Positions 51,544 through 60,557 of a DNA stretch of 64,000 bases are shown here, piece after piece (the stretch's first letter is position 1; each line of letters opens with the position of its first letter). The notes beneath the pieces are model-generated. The model searched no databases and was not told the origin of the DNA. It saw only the letters and a program-made list of their open reading frames with translations. The DNA is from Halocafeteria seosinensis (lineage: Eukaryota): positions 1-64,000 of the forward strand of contig LVLI01000177.1 of assembly GCA_001687465.1 (NCBI GenBank), given 5' to 3'. Made by a program: the position numbers and the translations under genes.

Positions 51544-52434
51544 CTGCAATTAAATACATTAACACACTAACTGACCCTTGCCTCTTGTTCCCTGCAAGAG
51601 GGAAAACGGGTTCATGGACAAACGCGAAGAATTCTTATGGAGAGCAATGTTGAAAACGATCGGTCCAGCACAATACAGTGTAGTAAAGTCATTGAGTGGC
51701 GTTCTAAACGTTTCGTCAATTCTAAAATCTCGTGCAATCTCAATCATTTCTTCTTCATGGAATATATGACCCAATCAACGAAGTCACAGTACAAGACGTT
51801 ACTTGATGAATCAGTTCGATTCGAAGAAGCGCATCACTCGAAAATGCGATGGACTTAGAAAACGGGTGTACTGAGATGTCTGCGACCAATGTGAACCCCA
51901 TGCTCCGCATCTGAGAGGCAGTGCGGCCTGCTGAAGAGCGAGTTTAGCGGCCGGGTGGCGCTCGGTGCTTTCTAGTCCCAGTTATGTACAGAGGACTATC
52001 GTGATGGCTTCGTTGAAGGCTTGCATTGCAATAGGCCTATTTTTGTTGGGTACTGTTCGTTACAGGTAGTTGGTCGCTGGGATGACAGTCAGTCTCCGGA
52101 GCAAGTACCTTTATTGCAGGGGTATCGTCTCTTCTGTCAACCCACACCACACGAAGACCTCGAATGGAACTTTACGGTGGAACGCATCGCCGTCCTTGGT
52201 GCTTCCATAGGGAAGCCATCGTATGAGGATGACATCTGTCTGAATAAGATCAAAGAGTTGCAGAACCAAATCACCGGATGGTGTGGGGGGTAGTTTACTC
52301 CGAGTCGGGGCGGACGAAGGCGTAGGACCGGCGGCGGTACGAATGCCCTATATCAAACATTAAATCACTGTTTCCAACCGTCTTCACGAGACCTTCGGTT
52401 AAATCTCCATTCCTATAGGGAATAGGCGTTACTC

Positions 52435-55400
52435 TTAGCCGATACTATCCACCAAGCCAGCAGACCGACTCCCAGCGGCTGCCTGCAGTGCTATTTTAGA
52501 CTCGACCTCGTACAACAACAAATCGAGTAGTTTGTCTTCAATCGCCTTTTCGATGGTTTGCGGAATATCATGTCTATAAGCCTTCAACGAAGAGTCCCAC
52601 CAATTTTGGCTTCTAGGCAACAATTTTGTGCTGTCTTCTTTTTTTTCATTCCGTAGTTCGTAATCTCCTTCAGCATTTTGCGTTTCATCGCATTCCGGAG
52701 AACTAGTAGGTTTAATTTTCTGTCGCTTTTCTCTGATCTGTTGCATTAGGGGCTGTATGTACGTTTCAAATGCTTCTTGTAATGCTTCTTTTGTTACCTT
52801 AGACATGGTATGTAACGCTTTATCAATGCTTAGCTGCAAGAAGTCAGACTTGTCTGTGACGGTATCTTCAAAATCTGGGTCATCATCCTCTGCGGAACCC
52901 CATTGATTTTGGAATGCCTCCGTTGCTGCTGCCAGACGCGTCGACACCGAGTCTATGCCAGCTTTCAATCCTACCCATTGGCCAACAGAACTACTTTGAG
53001 CCTCCTCATTCCAAGACGACAGTTTTCCCTTAATAGTATTGGTGAAATTTTGCGCTGCTGCCTTGCTCTCATCAACATATTCATTCGCAGTCGCTTGAGC
53101 TCGCTCGGCGTTGTCGATGTAGTGGCTGTTGGACATGTGCTCTAAAGGCGTCGTAGCAACCTTCAATGCCTGATGTCCACGCAATGTGTTGACCAGGTTG
53201 GCGCAACCAGTATAGTCGGATTGAGTTGGAGATTCAAGTTGATAGCGCTGACGCAAAGTATCGGCCACCTTCTGTACTTCAGTCATTAGGGTACCTCTAA
53301 CGCTCAACCTGATAGACCTGTGTATATAGCGCAACCAATCGCGCTCTTCCGAAGTCAAAACTACAGGAGCAGAGTTGGCAGAATTGCTATTGCTCTCCGG
53401 GTTCCGAAATGCTTTTGATGCCGCCCGTAGAGAATGGACTAAGCGTTTCTTCAAAGTCTGCAGCACGGGAAACGATTGCTCCTTGGATTTTACCACCGTT
53501 TTAGCGTCCGCTGCGGTTTGTGTGGTAGGCGTTGTTGCCTCAGCTGTTTGCTCGTCCGACTGTGCTTTCACGGCTATGCTATGCTCTCCAGTTAAACTAG
53601 TTCTTTTGACAGCAGATTCAAAATGTGCTTCACCAGATGTTATCGTTGGTAAAGTTGTCTGAGAAAGAGTACCCGGTTGGGCATTTGATTGAGCTTCACT
53701 GCGCCTAATAGCTGATCCAGCTGCTTTGTATATATATATGGTAGTTTTTTCCGCAGCAGACTCAGATTGTGCTTCACCAGCTATTATCGTCGGTAGATTT
53801 GACTTGGATAAAATAGCCGTTTGGGCATCTGAGTTCGTTGTGCTGCTCATTGCAGCTGATTCAGTTGCTTCGCATGCAGCAGTTCCTTGGACAGCAGACT
53901 CAGACTGTGCTTCATCAGATTGTATTGTCGGTGTGGTTGCCACACACACACATATGTGAGCCTCGGATAAAGTAGCCGTTTGGTCATCTAGTTGCATTTC
54001 GCCGCTCCTGATAGCCAATTCAGCTGCTTCGTTTGCAGTAGTTCTGTCGACAGTAGACTCAGACTGCGCTTCACTAGAAGCAGTTTGGGTATCTGTTAGA
54101 GTCGATTCAGTTGCTTTGTAGGCACTCCTTTTCTGTGCAACAGGGGCAACTGATACGTCTTTAGGTTGTCCTGTTGTTGAGGTCGCTGTCGTCCGCGGCG
54201 GAAGCTCACTTGCGCTATTTTTATTTATCGGTGGGAGAACTGGTGTCATAGCACTTTGCACTTCTGCAGATGCTGTTGATGCTTTAGACACGACTCGCTG
54301 TTTCATATGTGCATTTACCGATGCTTCCGTAATGCCTTGCTGTGCTGCTTTCTCCTCGGTTGCGTCAAAAATTACTCTCTTATATTTGTCCTCCCTTGCT
54401 TCGTCTTTTTGTTTTTGTAAACTCTCCCTTGCTTCTTCCTTCATCTCTTCCACTCCCGTGGCGTGCTCTTCGTACAGTGACAGAGCCTCTTCCTTTACTT
54501 CGTTGTTGGTGTCATCCACGTAGTCTTTTAGGTCACTTTGCTGATACATGTCCCTCGCAATGTCTTTGAACATTTCCTTCCACGAGGAATCGTTTTCGTC
54601 CTGTTGCCCACTATCGTCTTCTAGTAGAGACGGTCTTGTTTGTCTGACCATTTCTTCGGCGGTAACATCCCCCCTTATCACTGGTAGCATGAGTGACTCG
54701 ATTTTATCACCAATAGAGGACTGCAAGGTTAAAGGGATATGATACTCCCCTTGTAAGGAGACCAATGGAACTGTAAACGATACTTCCTGCCACTGACGTG
54801 CGTCGGTTATGGGAGCACAAGTAAATTCTCCCTCTCTTAGAATTCCATCTATAACAGGCAACACTTTCTGGCTAATATCGGTCTCCAAGGTATCTTCCAG
54901 CGTGACAATAACCCGTTCCTCCATGTACAGTAGCCAATCTGATAGACTATATTGTGCCTCATCAGATTTCTGCTCCCAGTGAGCTTTGCACTGTTTAACT
55001 ACAGGTAGCTTGAACACACACCCCTTTAGTGAATCAATGATTGAACTCTTTTCAGAGTCCCCATCAGCTTGTGCTTCTTTGCCCGTTCTTCGTGAAGAAG
55101 CGGAAGCACTTCTCTCCTCTGATCTTCCATTTTCGCCTTCATCATGGTGTACGGTCACATATGCTTCGTCATCACTCAGCTCTTCTTCACGTTCGGCTTC
55201 TTGCAGTGGTTGCTCTCCAGGTTCGTTTAACGTCGAAATGACCCCCGCGGTTGATGAGACGGTAGTGGAGGCAATGGTCGTTCCTAAAGTTGTCGACTTT
55301 GTCTCTCCGTTTGTGGAGTCTGTCGTAGTTCTAGATACGCTTGTAGAGGAGTCCAAAGCAGTAGAGGGGGGTTGTTTCTTTTCATCAACGGCGCTGACAA

Positions 55401-58400
55401 ACTTTTTCTCCATCTTCGACTTCAGACGATCCCGTACCTCTGTCTCCCGGCGCCTCCCTTCGGAAGTTTCGCGTATCTTCTTCAGGTGCTGGCGGGAAGG
55501 GAGTGGGAAGGACGCCTTCAAAAATATATCATCAAATGGTGTCAACTTCTTCGCATGTCTTCCTCCACACTTCAAACGACGAAGCAAAGCTTCACCCCGA
55601 GTTTCTTTCTTTGGGGCAGTCTTCGCTGCTGTAAATTCGGAATCAGGGTTTGTTGGAATACCAACCAAGTCTTCTACATTCATTGCACCGGTAATAACAG
55701 GGCGAATTTTTCTCGCGATGGCTTCTTCTACAACGTGTCGTATACATGCTTCAATTGCCTTCTCTGCATTTGTGAGAATTGTTGGTATGTACTCACCAAT
55801 TTGCTGTGCTTCGAAATGTCGCTTCAAAATCCTCCTGACTGAAGATGGTTGAGACTTTGTACCCGAAGTAGCGGTGTCCTTATTGTCCTTGTTGGATTCT
55901 TTCTCGCTGGATTCCCTACTTCGAAAGAATGGCTCTTTAAGAGTCTGTTTGTTCGACTCTCCTCTCTGATCAAACGACGGAACCACGCGGTAGATCATGT
56001 ACGAATGCATAACTTCTTTCACAGTAGCATCCACAGAAATCCTCAAACGCTCGATCCACATAGCAATCTCTCTGGACCGGTAAGAACCGTATTTATCTTC
56101 GTCAGTTTTGTCTTCCGCAGTACTGTGACCAACTATCCAATCTGGTAAGCATTTTGTAATCACACGGAATACGTTTTCCTTGATGGAACGTTTACAGCGG
56201 GTATAGAATGGCTGAGAGGAAAGTGCCGTTTGTGCCGATGACATTTTGTTTCTACTCTCACTTCCTTTACCCTTACTAGTGTCTGTAGTCCCTTCCTGAG
56301 TTTTACTGGAAACTGCCGTCGAGGTGCCCTGATTCGTACTGCACTCTTTGCTCCGACTTTCATCAAAAGACGGTGTCGTCTTGTTCGGCAGAGCATCCAG
56401 TTGTCCCATTAGGGTTATTGAATTGTCTGAGGCCGCAAGGGAGGCTTCTTGCATTAGTGCATGTTTCGTCTCAGGGACATCAACTAATTTATCACTCCCA
56501 TCCCACACACCCTTAATACATTCTTCTCCCTCTCGAAGTGTTGCTAAGTTTGCTTTACCCGTAATCTGTGCCTGAGCGTGCGTCCGAAACGAATGCAGAG
56601 CGGTGTTTGTGAAAGCATCATCCTTCTGCTCAAAGTGCTGGATCAGCGCCTCGCTACTAATTTCTCCGCGCAGTGCAGGTACCAACGTGTTGTATAATTC
56701 GTAGGTAACTGCTTCTCGAGAAGCGACCATCGTGCTGGACGATGCTTCTTCCACCATTAGAGGCATAATGTCATTGACGCTATCAGTATTGACGTATCGC
56801 TTTATTTGTCGCTGCATGTCCCGGCATCGTTTCTCCGGGTTCTCAAGTTGGGCCCGCATATTCATATCAACACTAGAAAAGCGGCTGCGCATGTTCGCAA
56901 TCCTGGAAGATACGAAACCTAAAGTCACCACGACAGACACTGCGACTAGAGCTGTAAGCAACATTATTGCTTCGGGTCCGCGCAATCCACCAAAATCAAG
57001 GGCACTGCTGGTAACCGAGTTCTCCACGTTTTGTTTTTCGCTGTCAGGAACAGAGTAGTCAGAAATCGTAGGAGAGCCGCTGGACAAGGTAGTCGCCGAT
57101 ACTGAAGGGGTTGTTGTTCTTGAAGAGGTACTAGTTGCCGTAGCAGTGGAAAGTGTTGCAGTTGCACTCGACGAGAAAGTTGCGGACACCGAAGATGTCG
57201 CGGTTTCGGAAGGTGTGCTAGTTGTCGTACCACTGGAAGGCGTTGAAGATCCACTGGGAGATATCATTGTCGATGCCGATGGTGTTCCCGTTCTTGAAGC
57301 GGTGCTAGTTGTCACAGCGCTAGAGGACGTTGAAGGAGAGCTGCTGGACGAGGTAGTCGCCGATACTGAAGGGGTTGTTGTTCTTGAAGAGGTGCTAGTT
57401 GCCATAGCAGCGGAAGGTGTTGCAGTTGCACTCGACGAGATAGTTGCGGACACCGAAGATATCGCGGTTTCGGAAGGTGTGCTAGTTGTCGTACCACTGG
57501 AAGGCGTTGAAGATTCACTGGGAGATATTACTATCGATGCCGATGGTGTTCCCGTTCTTGAAGCGGTGCTAGTTGCCACAGCGCTGGAGGACGTTGAAGG
57601 AGAGCTGCTGGACGAGGTAGTCGCCGATACTGAAGGCGTTGTTGTTCTTGAAGCGGTGCTAGTTGTCACAGCGCTAGAGGACGTTGAAGGAGAGCTGCTG
57701 GACGAGGTAGTCGCCGATACTGAAGGGGTTGTTGTTCTTGAAGCGGTGCTAGTTGTCACAGCGCTAGAGGACGTTGAAGGAGAGCTGCTGGACGAGGTAG
57801 TCGCCGATACTGAAGGGGTTGTTGTTCTTGAAGAGGTACTAGTTGCCATAGCAGCGGAGGGTGTTGCAGTTGCACTCGACGAGATAGTTGCGGACACCGA
57901 AGATGTCGCGGTTTCGGAAGGTGTCGGGGTAGTAAGTGGCGAAGACGTAATCGTTGTAGAGGGCGAAACTGTGGATGACGGGCTAGGACTTGTAGAAGCC
58001 GTGTGGCTAGGCGTAACGCTTGGCAAAGGAGGAGGTGGACCAGCTCCCTCTACGCAGTCAATTTGTGACGTGTCGACCCTTGCCAGAATAGGCAAACAGT
58101 TTGGGACTTGCCACCATATTGTATCAAGCCATTCAGAATTATACAGTGTCCCAGAAATAGACAAGAGGTCATTAGAGTTATCATTGTTGACTGTAATGCG
58201 CCCCGCGTTGTCCCCAGCAATACCTGCCCCACCGGTGGAATAAACTGAGAAGTGAGCCTCTATATTGTTGGAAAGAAAGTGGATCGAGCCAAACAAACCT
58301 CCACCATCCGCGTTAACAATATTACCAGACGCATACGTGTTCTGCAGCACAACGTTGCCCTGGTTGAGTCCTGCATCTTCACCCGTGATTCCCCCGGCAT

Positions 58401-59400
58401 TGAAGCCACTAATTACTCCCCTTGAAAAGCAGTCCTTTATTAGAACCATGCCTCCTTGCAACGCGACACTCGCTCCAACGATACCTCCAGCTCCGTCTCC
58501 GCTGATGTCACCTAATGAGAAACATTCCACGTATTCATGAACCAGGGGGTCAGTGTGTCCGCTCATTCTCCCGCCTATGCCACCAGCTTCTGCACCACTA
58601 ATATTTCCGGTAGTGAAACAGTGGCGAACAATTACGCTCCCTTGGTCGTTAGCGTTACCCGCAGCAGCGATACCACCAGCATTCTTACCGATTTCACCAG
58701 AAGAGTAACAATTTTCCATTAGAACGTCTCCACCATTATGACCTGCTTCAATTCCAATAATCCCCCCGGCTGCCAGTTGTATTTCACCCGTCGACCACGA
58801 GTTACTTATCACCATCTTTCCTCCGTCGCCTCCACACCAACTTCCTGCAATACCTCCAGCACCTAAACTAATAATTCCAGTAGAACTGCAGGAGTCGATT
58901 ACAGCAAACCTTTGCTGTTTCTGCAAAATGTAGCCGGGATAGGACCCCGCTCCTCCGGTAGCCTCTTGCAGAACTCCGTTTTCTAAATGCACGTGTCGAA
59001 TGGTCGGCGATTCGGTAAAGGACGACGCGGTAGAGGTGAACATGCCCTGGAAAGCGCTTAAACCAGTCAAATCAATGGTCAAGTTGGCATTTCCTTCAAA
59101 AACTTCGTTAGCACCCAAGGAAATAAAGTCTGCATTTGTATTGGCACCGAATGTGTCCGTCCAAAGGAAACTGCAAGTTAACGTAAACGTCTTCAGGGGT
59201 TCGTCAAACTCTAAGCAATTGATGTTTCCATCAATCACTTCTTGACGTCGATCCACAGCGTTTGCTCGATAACCCACAAAAACTACTAAGCAACTGAAAA
59301 GGACGCTCGCTCTGCCCATCCGTACAATATGATGCTTGGAATCTCCCACACCGCGACCACCCTGTGTTAGGAAAAGAGTTACAGTAGTTAGAGAAATCAT
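52435..59400 (-). CDS. Giant type-I membrane protein: signal peptide, GLUG-like repeat domain, Ser/Thr mucin-like stalk, TM helix and about 1500-aa cytoplasmic region
   Basis: Single 2321-aa ORF. The N-domain is homologous to 50131-51543. The TM segment AIMLLTALVAVSVVVTLGFV lies at about 56905-56970. Confidence 0.8.
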   Translation of the reverse strand: MISLTTVTLFLTQGGRGVGDSKHHIVRMGRASVLFSCLVVFVGYRANAVDRRQEVIDGNINCLEFDEPLKTFTLTCSFLWTDTFGANTNADFISLGANEVFEGNANLTIDLTGLSAFQGMFTSTASSFTESPTIRHVHLENGVLQEATGGAGSYPGYILQKQQRFAVIDSCSSTGIISLGAGGIAGSWCGGDGGKMVISNSWSTGEIQLAAGGIIGIEAGHNGGDVLMENCYSSGEIGKNAGGIAAAGNANDQGSVIVRHCFTTGNISGAEAGGIGGRMSGHTDPLVHEYVECFSLGDISGDGAGGIVGASVALQGGMVLIKDCFSRGVISGFNAGGITGEDAGLNQGNVVLQNTYASGNIVNADGGGLFGSIHFLSNNIEAHFSVYSTGGAGIAGDNAGRITVNNDNSNDLLSISGTLYNSEWLDTIWWQVPNCLPILARVDTSQIDCVEGAGPPPPLPSVTPSHTASTSPSPSSTVSPSTTITSSPLTTPTPSETATSSVSATISSSATATPSAAMATSTSSRTTTPSVSATTSSSSSPSTSSSAVTTSTASRTTTPSVSATTSSSSSPSTSSSAVTTSTASRTTTPSVSATTSSSSSPSTSSSAVATSTASRTGTPSASIVISPSESSTPSSGTTTSTPSETAISSVSATISSSATATPSAAMATSTSSRTTTPSVSATTSSSSSPSTSSSAVTTSTASRTGTPSASTMISPSGSSTPSSGTTTSTPSETATSSVSATFSSSATATLSTATATSTSSRTTTPSVSATTLSSGSPTISDYSVPDSEKQNVENSVTSSALDFGGLRGPEAIMLLTALVAVSVVVTLGFVSSRIANMRSRFSSVDMNMRAQLENPEKRCRDMQRQIKRYVNTDSVNDIMPLMVEEASSSTMVASREAVTYELYNTLVPALRGEISSEALIQHFEQKDDAFTNTALHSFRTHAQAQITGKANLATLREGEECIKGVWDGSDKLVDVPETKHALMQEASLAASDNSITLMGQLDALPNKTTPSFDESRSKECSTNQGTSTAVSSKTQEGTTDTSKGKGSESRNKMSSAQTALSSQPFYTRCKRSIKENVFRVITKCLPDWIVGHSTAEDKTDEDKYGSYRSREIAMWIERLRISVDATVKEVMHSYMIYRVVPSFDQRGESNKQTLKEPFFRSRESSEKESNKDNKDTATSGTKSQPSSVRRILKRHFEAQQIGEYIPTILTNAEKAIEACIRHVVEEAIARKIRPVITGAMNVEDLVGIPTNPDSEFTAAKTAPKKETRGEALLRRLKCGGRHAKKLTPFDDIFLKASFPLPSRQHLKKIRETSEGRRRETEVRDRLKSKMEKKFVSAVDEKKQPPSTALDSSTSVSRTTTDSTNGETKSTTLGTTIASTTVSSTAGVISTLNEPGEQPLQEAEREEELSDDEAYVTVHHDEGENGRSEERSASASSRRTGKEAQADGDSEKSSIIDSLKGCVFKLPVVKQCKAHWEQKSDEAQYSLSDWLLYMEERVIVTLEDTLETDISQKVLPVIDGILREGEFTCAPITDARQWQEVSFTVPLVSLQGEYHIPLTLQSSIGDKIESLMLPVIRGDVTAEEMVRQTRPSLLEDDSGQQDENDSSWKEMFKDIARDMYQQSDLKDYVDDTNNEVKEEALSLYEEHATGVEEMKEEARESLQKQKDEAREDKYKRVIFDATEEKAAQQGITEASVNAHMKQRVVSKASTASAEVQSAMTPVLPPINKNSASELPPRTTATSTTGQPKDVSVAPVAQKRSAYKATESTLTDTQTASSEAQSESTVDRTTANEAAELAIRSGEMQLDDQTATLSEAHICVCVATTPTIQSDEAQSESAVQGTAACEATESAAMSSTTNSDAQTAILSKSNLPTIIAGEAQSESAAEKTTIYIYKAAGSAIRRSEAQSNAQPGTLSQTTLPTITSGEAHFESAVKRTSLTGEHSIAVKAQSDEQTAEATTPTTQTAADAKTVVKSKEQSFPVLQTLKKRLVHSLRAASKAFRNPESNSNSANSAPVVLTSEERDWLRYIHRSIRLSVRGTLMTEVQKVADTLRQRYQLESPTQSDYTGCANLVNTLRGHQALKVATTPLEHMSNSHYIDNAERAQATANEYVDESKAAAQNFTNTIKGKLSSWNEEAQSSSVGQWVGLKAGIDSVSTRLAAATEAFQNQWGSAEDDDPDFEDTVTDKSDFLQLSIDKALHTMSKVTKEALQEAFETYIQPLMQQIREKRQKIKPTSSPECDETQNAEGDYELRNEKKEDSTKLLPRSQNWWDSSLKAYRHDIPQTIEKAIEDKLLDLLLYEVESKIALQAAAGSRSAGLVDSIG
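57075..57925 (-). repeat. Coding tandem repeat (units of about 87-90 bp with a 264-bp higher-order period) encoding the Ser/Thr stalk
   Basis: Near-identical units such as TTSTASRTTTPSVSATTSSSSSPSTSSSAV are visible at both DNA and protein level. Confidence 0.93.
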
Positions 59401-59528
59401 ATCGGATCAGCTAATGGGGCTTGTAGTATCGGAATAAGTAAACACAATCACTGTGGCGCAACTCTACCAGGTCTTAGACAGACTGAGAGTCTCCCCTCGA
59501 CGACCTCGTGTACTCCGGGGCGGGGACC

Positions 59529-59555
59529 GTGAGCCGCTCACGGTGAGCGGCTCAC
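59529..59555. other. Nested perfect palindrome GTGAGCCGCTCAC-G-GTGAGCGGCTCAC
   Basis: A 13-bp perfect inverted repeat around 1 nt. Each arm is itself a 6-bp inverted repeat. Confidence 0.85.
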
Positions 59556-59794
59556 TGTGAACCCCACCGTGGGCCCGTAAACGGCGTACCTCCTCGTCGT
59601 CCAGCAGGGTGGGGTGCCGAAGGCACTTCGAACCACTAAGGGGTTTGTACTGAGTTCGCGATCTCTTTGTACTCTGTTTCTGGTTGCAGCTGAAGACGAC
59701 CCTTCCGAGAGCGGCATGTGGATGCTTGCTATATCGAGAATTCGCGAGAATTTCGGCTATCGGTATCAGCAGAGCGTTTTGCGGATTCTACTCA

Positions 59795-60006
59795 ACAGTC
59801 CAAACAGCTCCGCTGGGCTATCCACAGTATCGAAGACTTAAAGAGGCCTGCAAAAGCCAGGAGTATGCAGCGAGTGCTGTATGTTAGGCTCTGTGCGAAT
59901 TCCAGGGACTCCGCTGAAGTGGGACAGTCCAAACAGCTCCGCTGGGCTCTCCACAGTATCGAAGACTTAAAAGAGGCCTGCAAAAGCCAGGAGTATGCAG
60001 CGAGTG
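59795..60006. repeat. Near-perfect direct repeat of 82/83 bp (59795-59876, 59924-60006) with a 47-bp spacer
   Basis: ACAGTCCAAACAGCTCCGCTGGGCT...GAGTATGCAGCGAGTG occurs twice, differing by 1 substitution and 1 indel. Confidence 0.95.
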
Positions 60007-60557
60007 TACAGACACTGTACTGACAGCAGACTTGGTGGGAGGTGGGCTTTAAGACTCAGCCGTTTGACACCTTTGTCTGCTGTTCATAAATCCTTCCCAT
60101 AGTTTGTGGGGACATGTAGCGTAATCTGGCCGTGCAGATGGCATGTAGAGAGAATTGTGAACGCGCTGACACCCCGAGCACACCTCCAGCTCAACTCCTG
60201 CTGACGCAGAGCCCATCTTGAGAACTCTATGGTCATGTACCGTGTTGTGAGTGGAAGAGGGAACAATCCACCATTGCTGTAGAGTCTCCTACGAATGTAA
60301 TGAACGACAAATTTAGGTTTTTGTATGACTGTGTCTAAACTTCAATTTAATATGGACTCTTGCCGTTTCCGTCACATCTTGTTGGAAAGTTTGGACCGAC
60401 AGATTTGACGGACCCCTGGGCAGGGAATCTGGCCGTCGGACGGACGTTTTGCCGTCCTCCGTTGGCGAGGCGTGCGCCCATTCACACCAAATTTCACAGT
60501 TACTTCACCGCGACGCCGCCATGGTTGTGGTTTTGTTCGATTGAGTGATTCGGATTG

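Noticed and set aside
57146..58243. 365-aa plus-strand ORF rich in V/E/A/D
   Set aside because: It is the antisense shadow of the Ser/Thr repeat stalk, where repetitive codons lack stops. The same applies to 54986-55852.
59795..60006. Repeat-spacer-repeat as a CRISPR array
   Set aside because: Only two copies, 82-bp repeats are too long, the context is eukaryotic and there are no cas genes.
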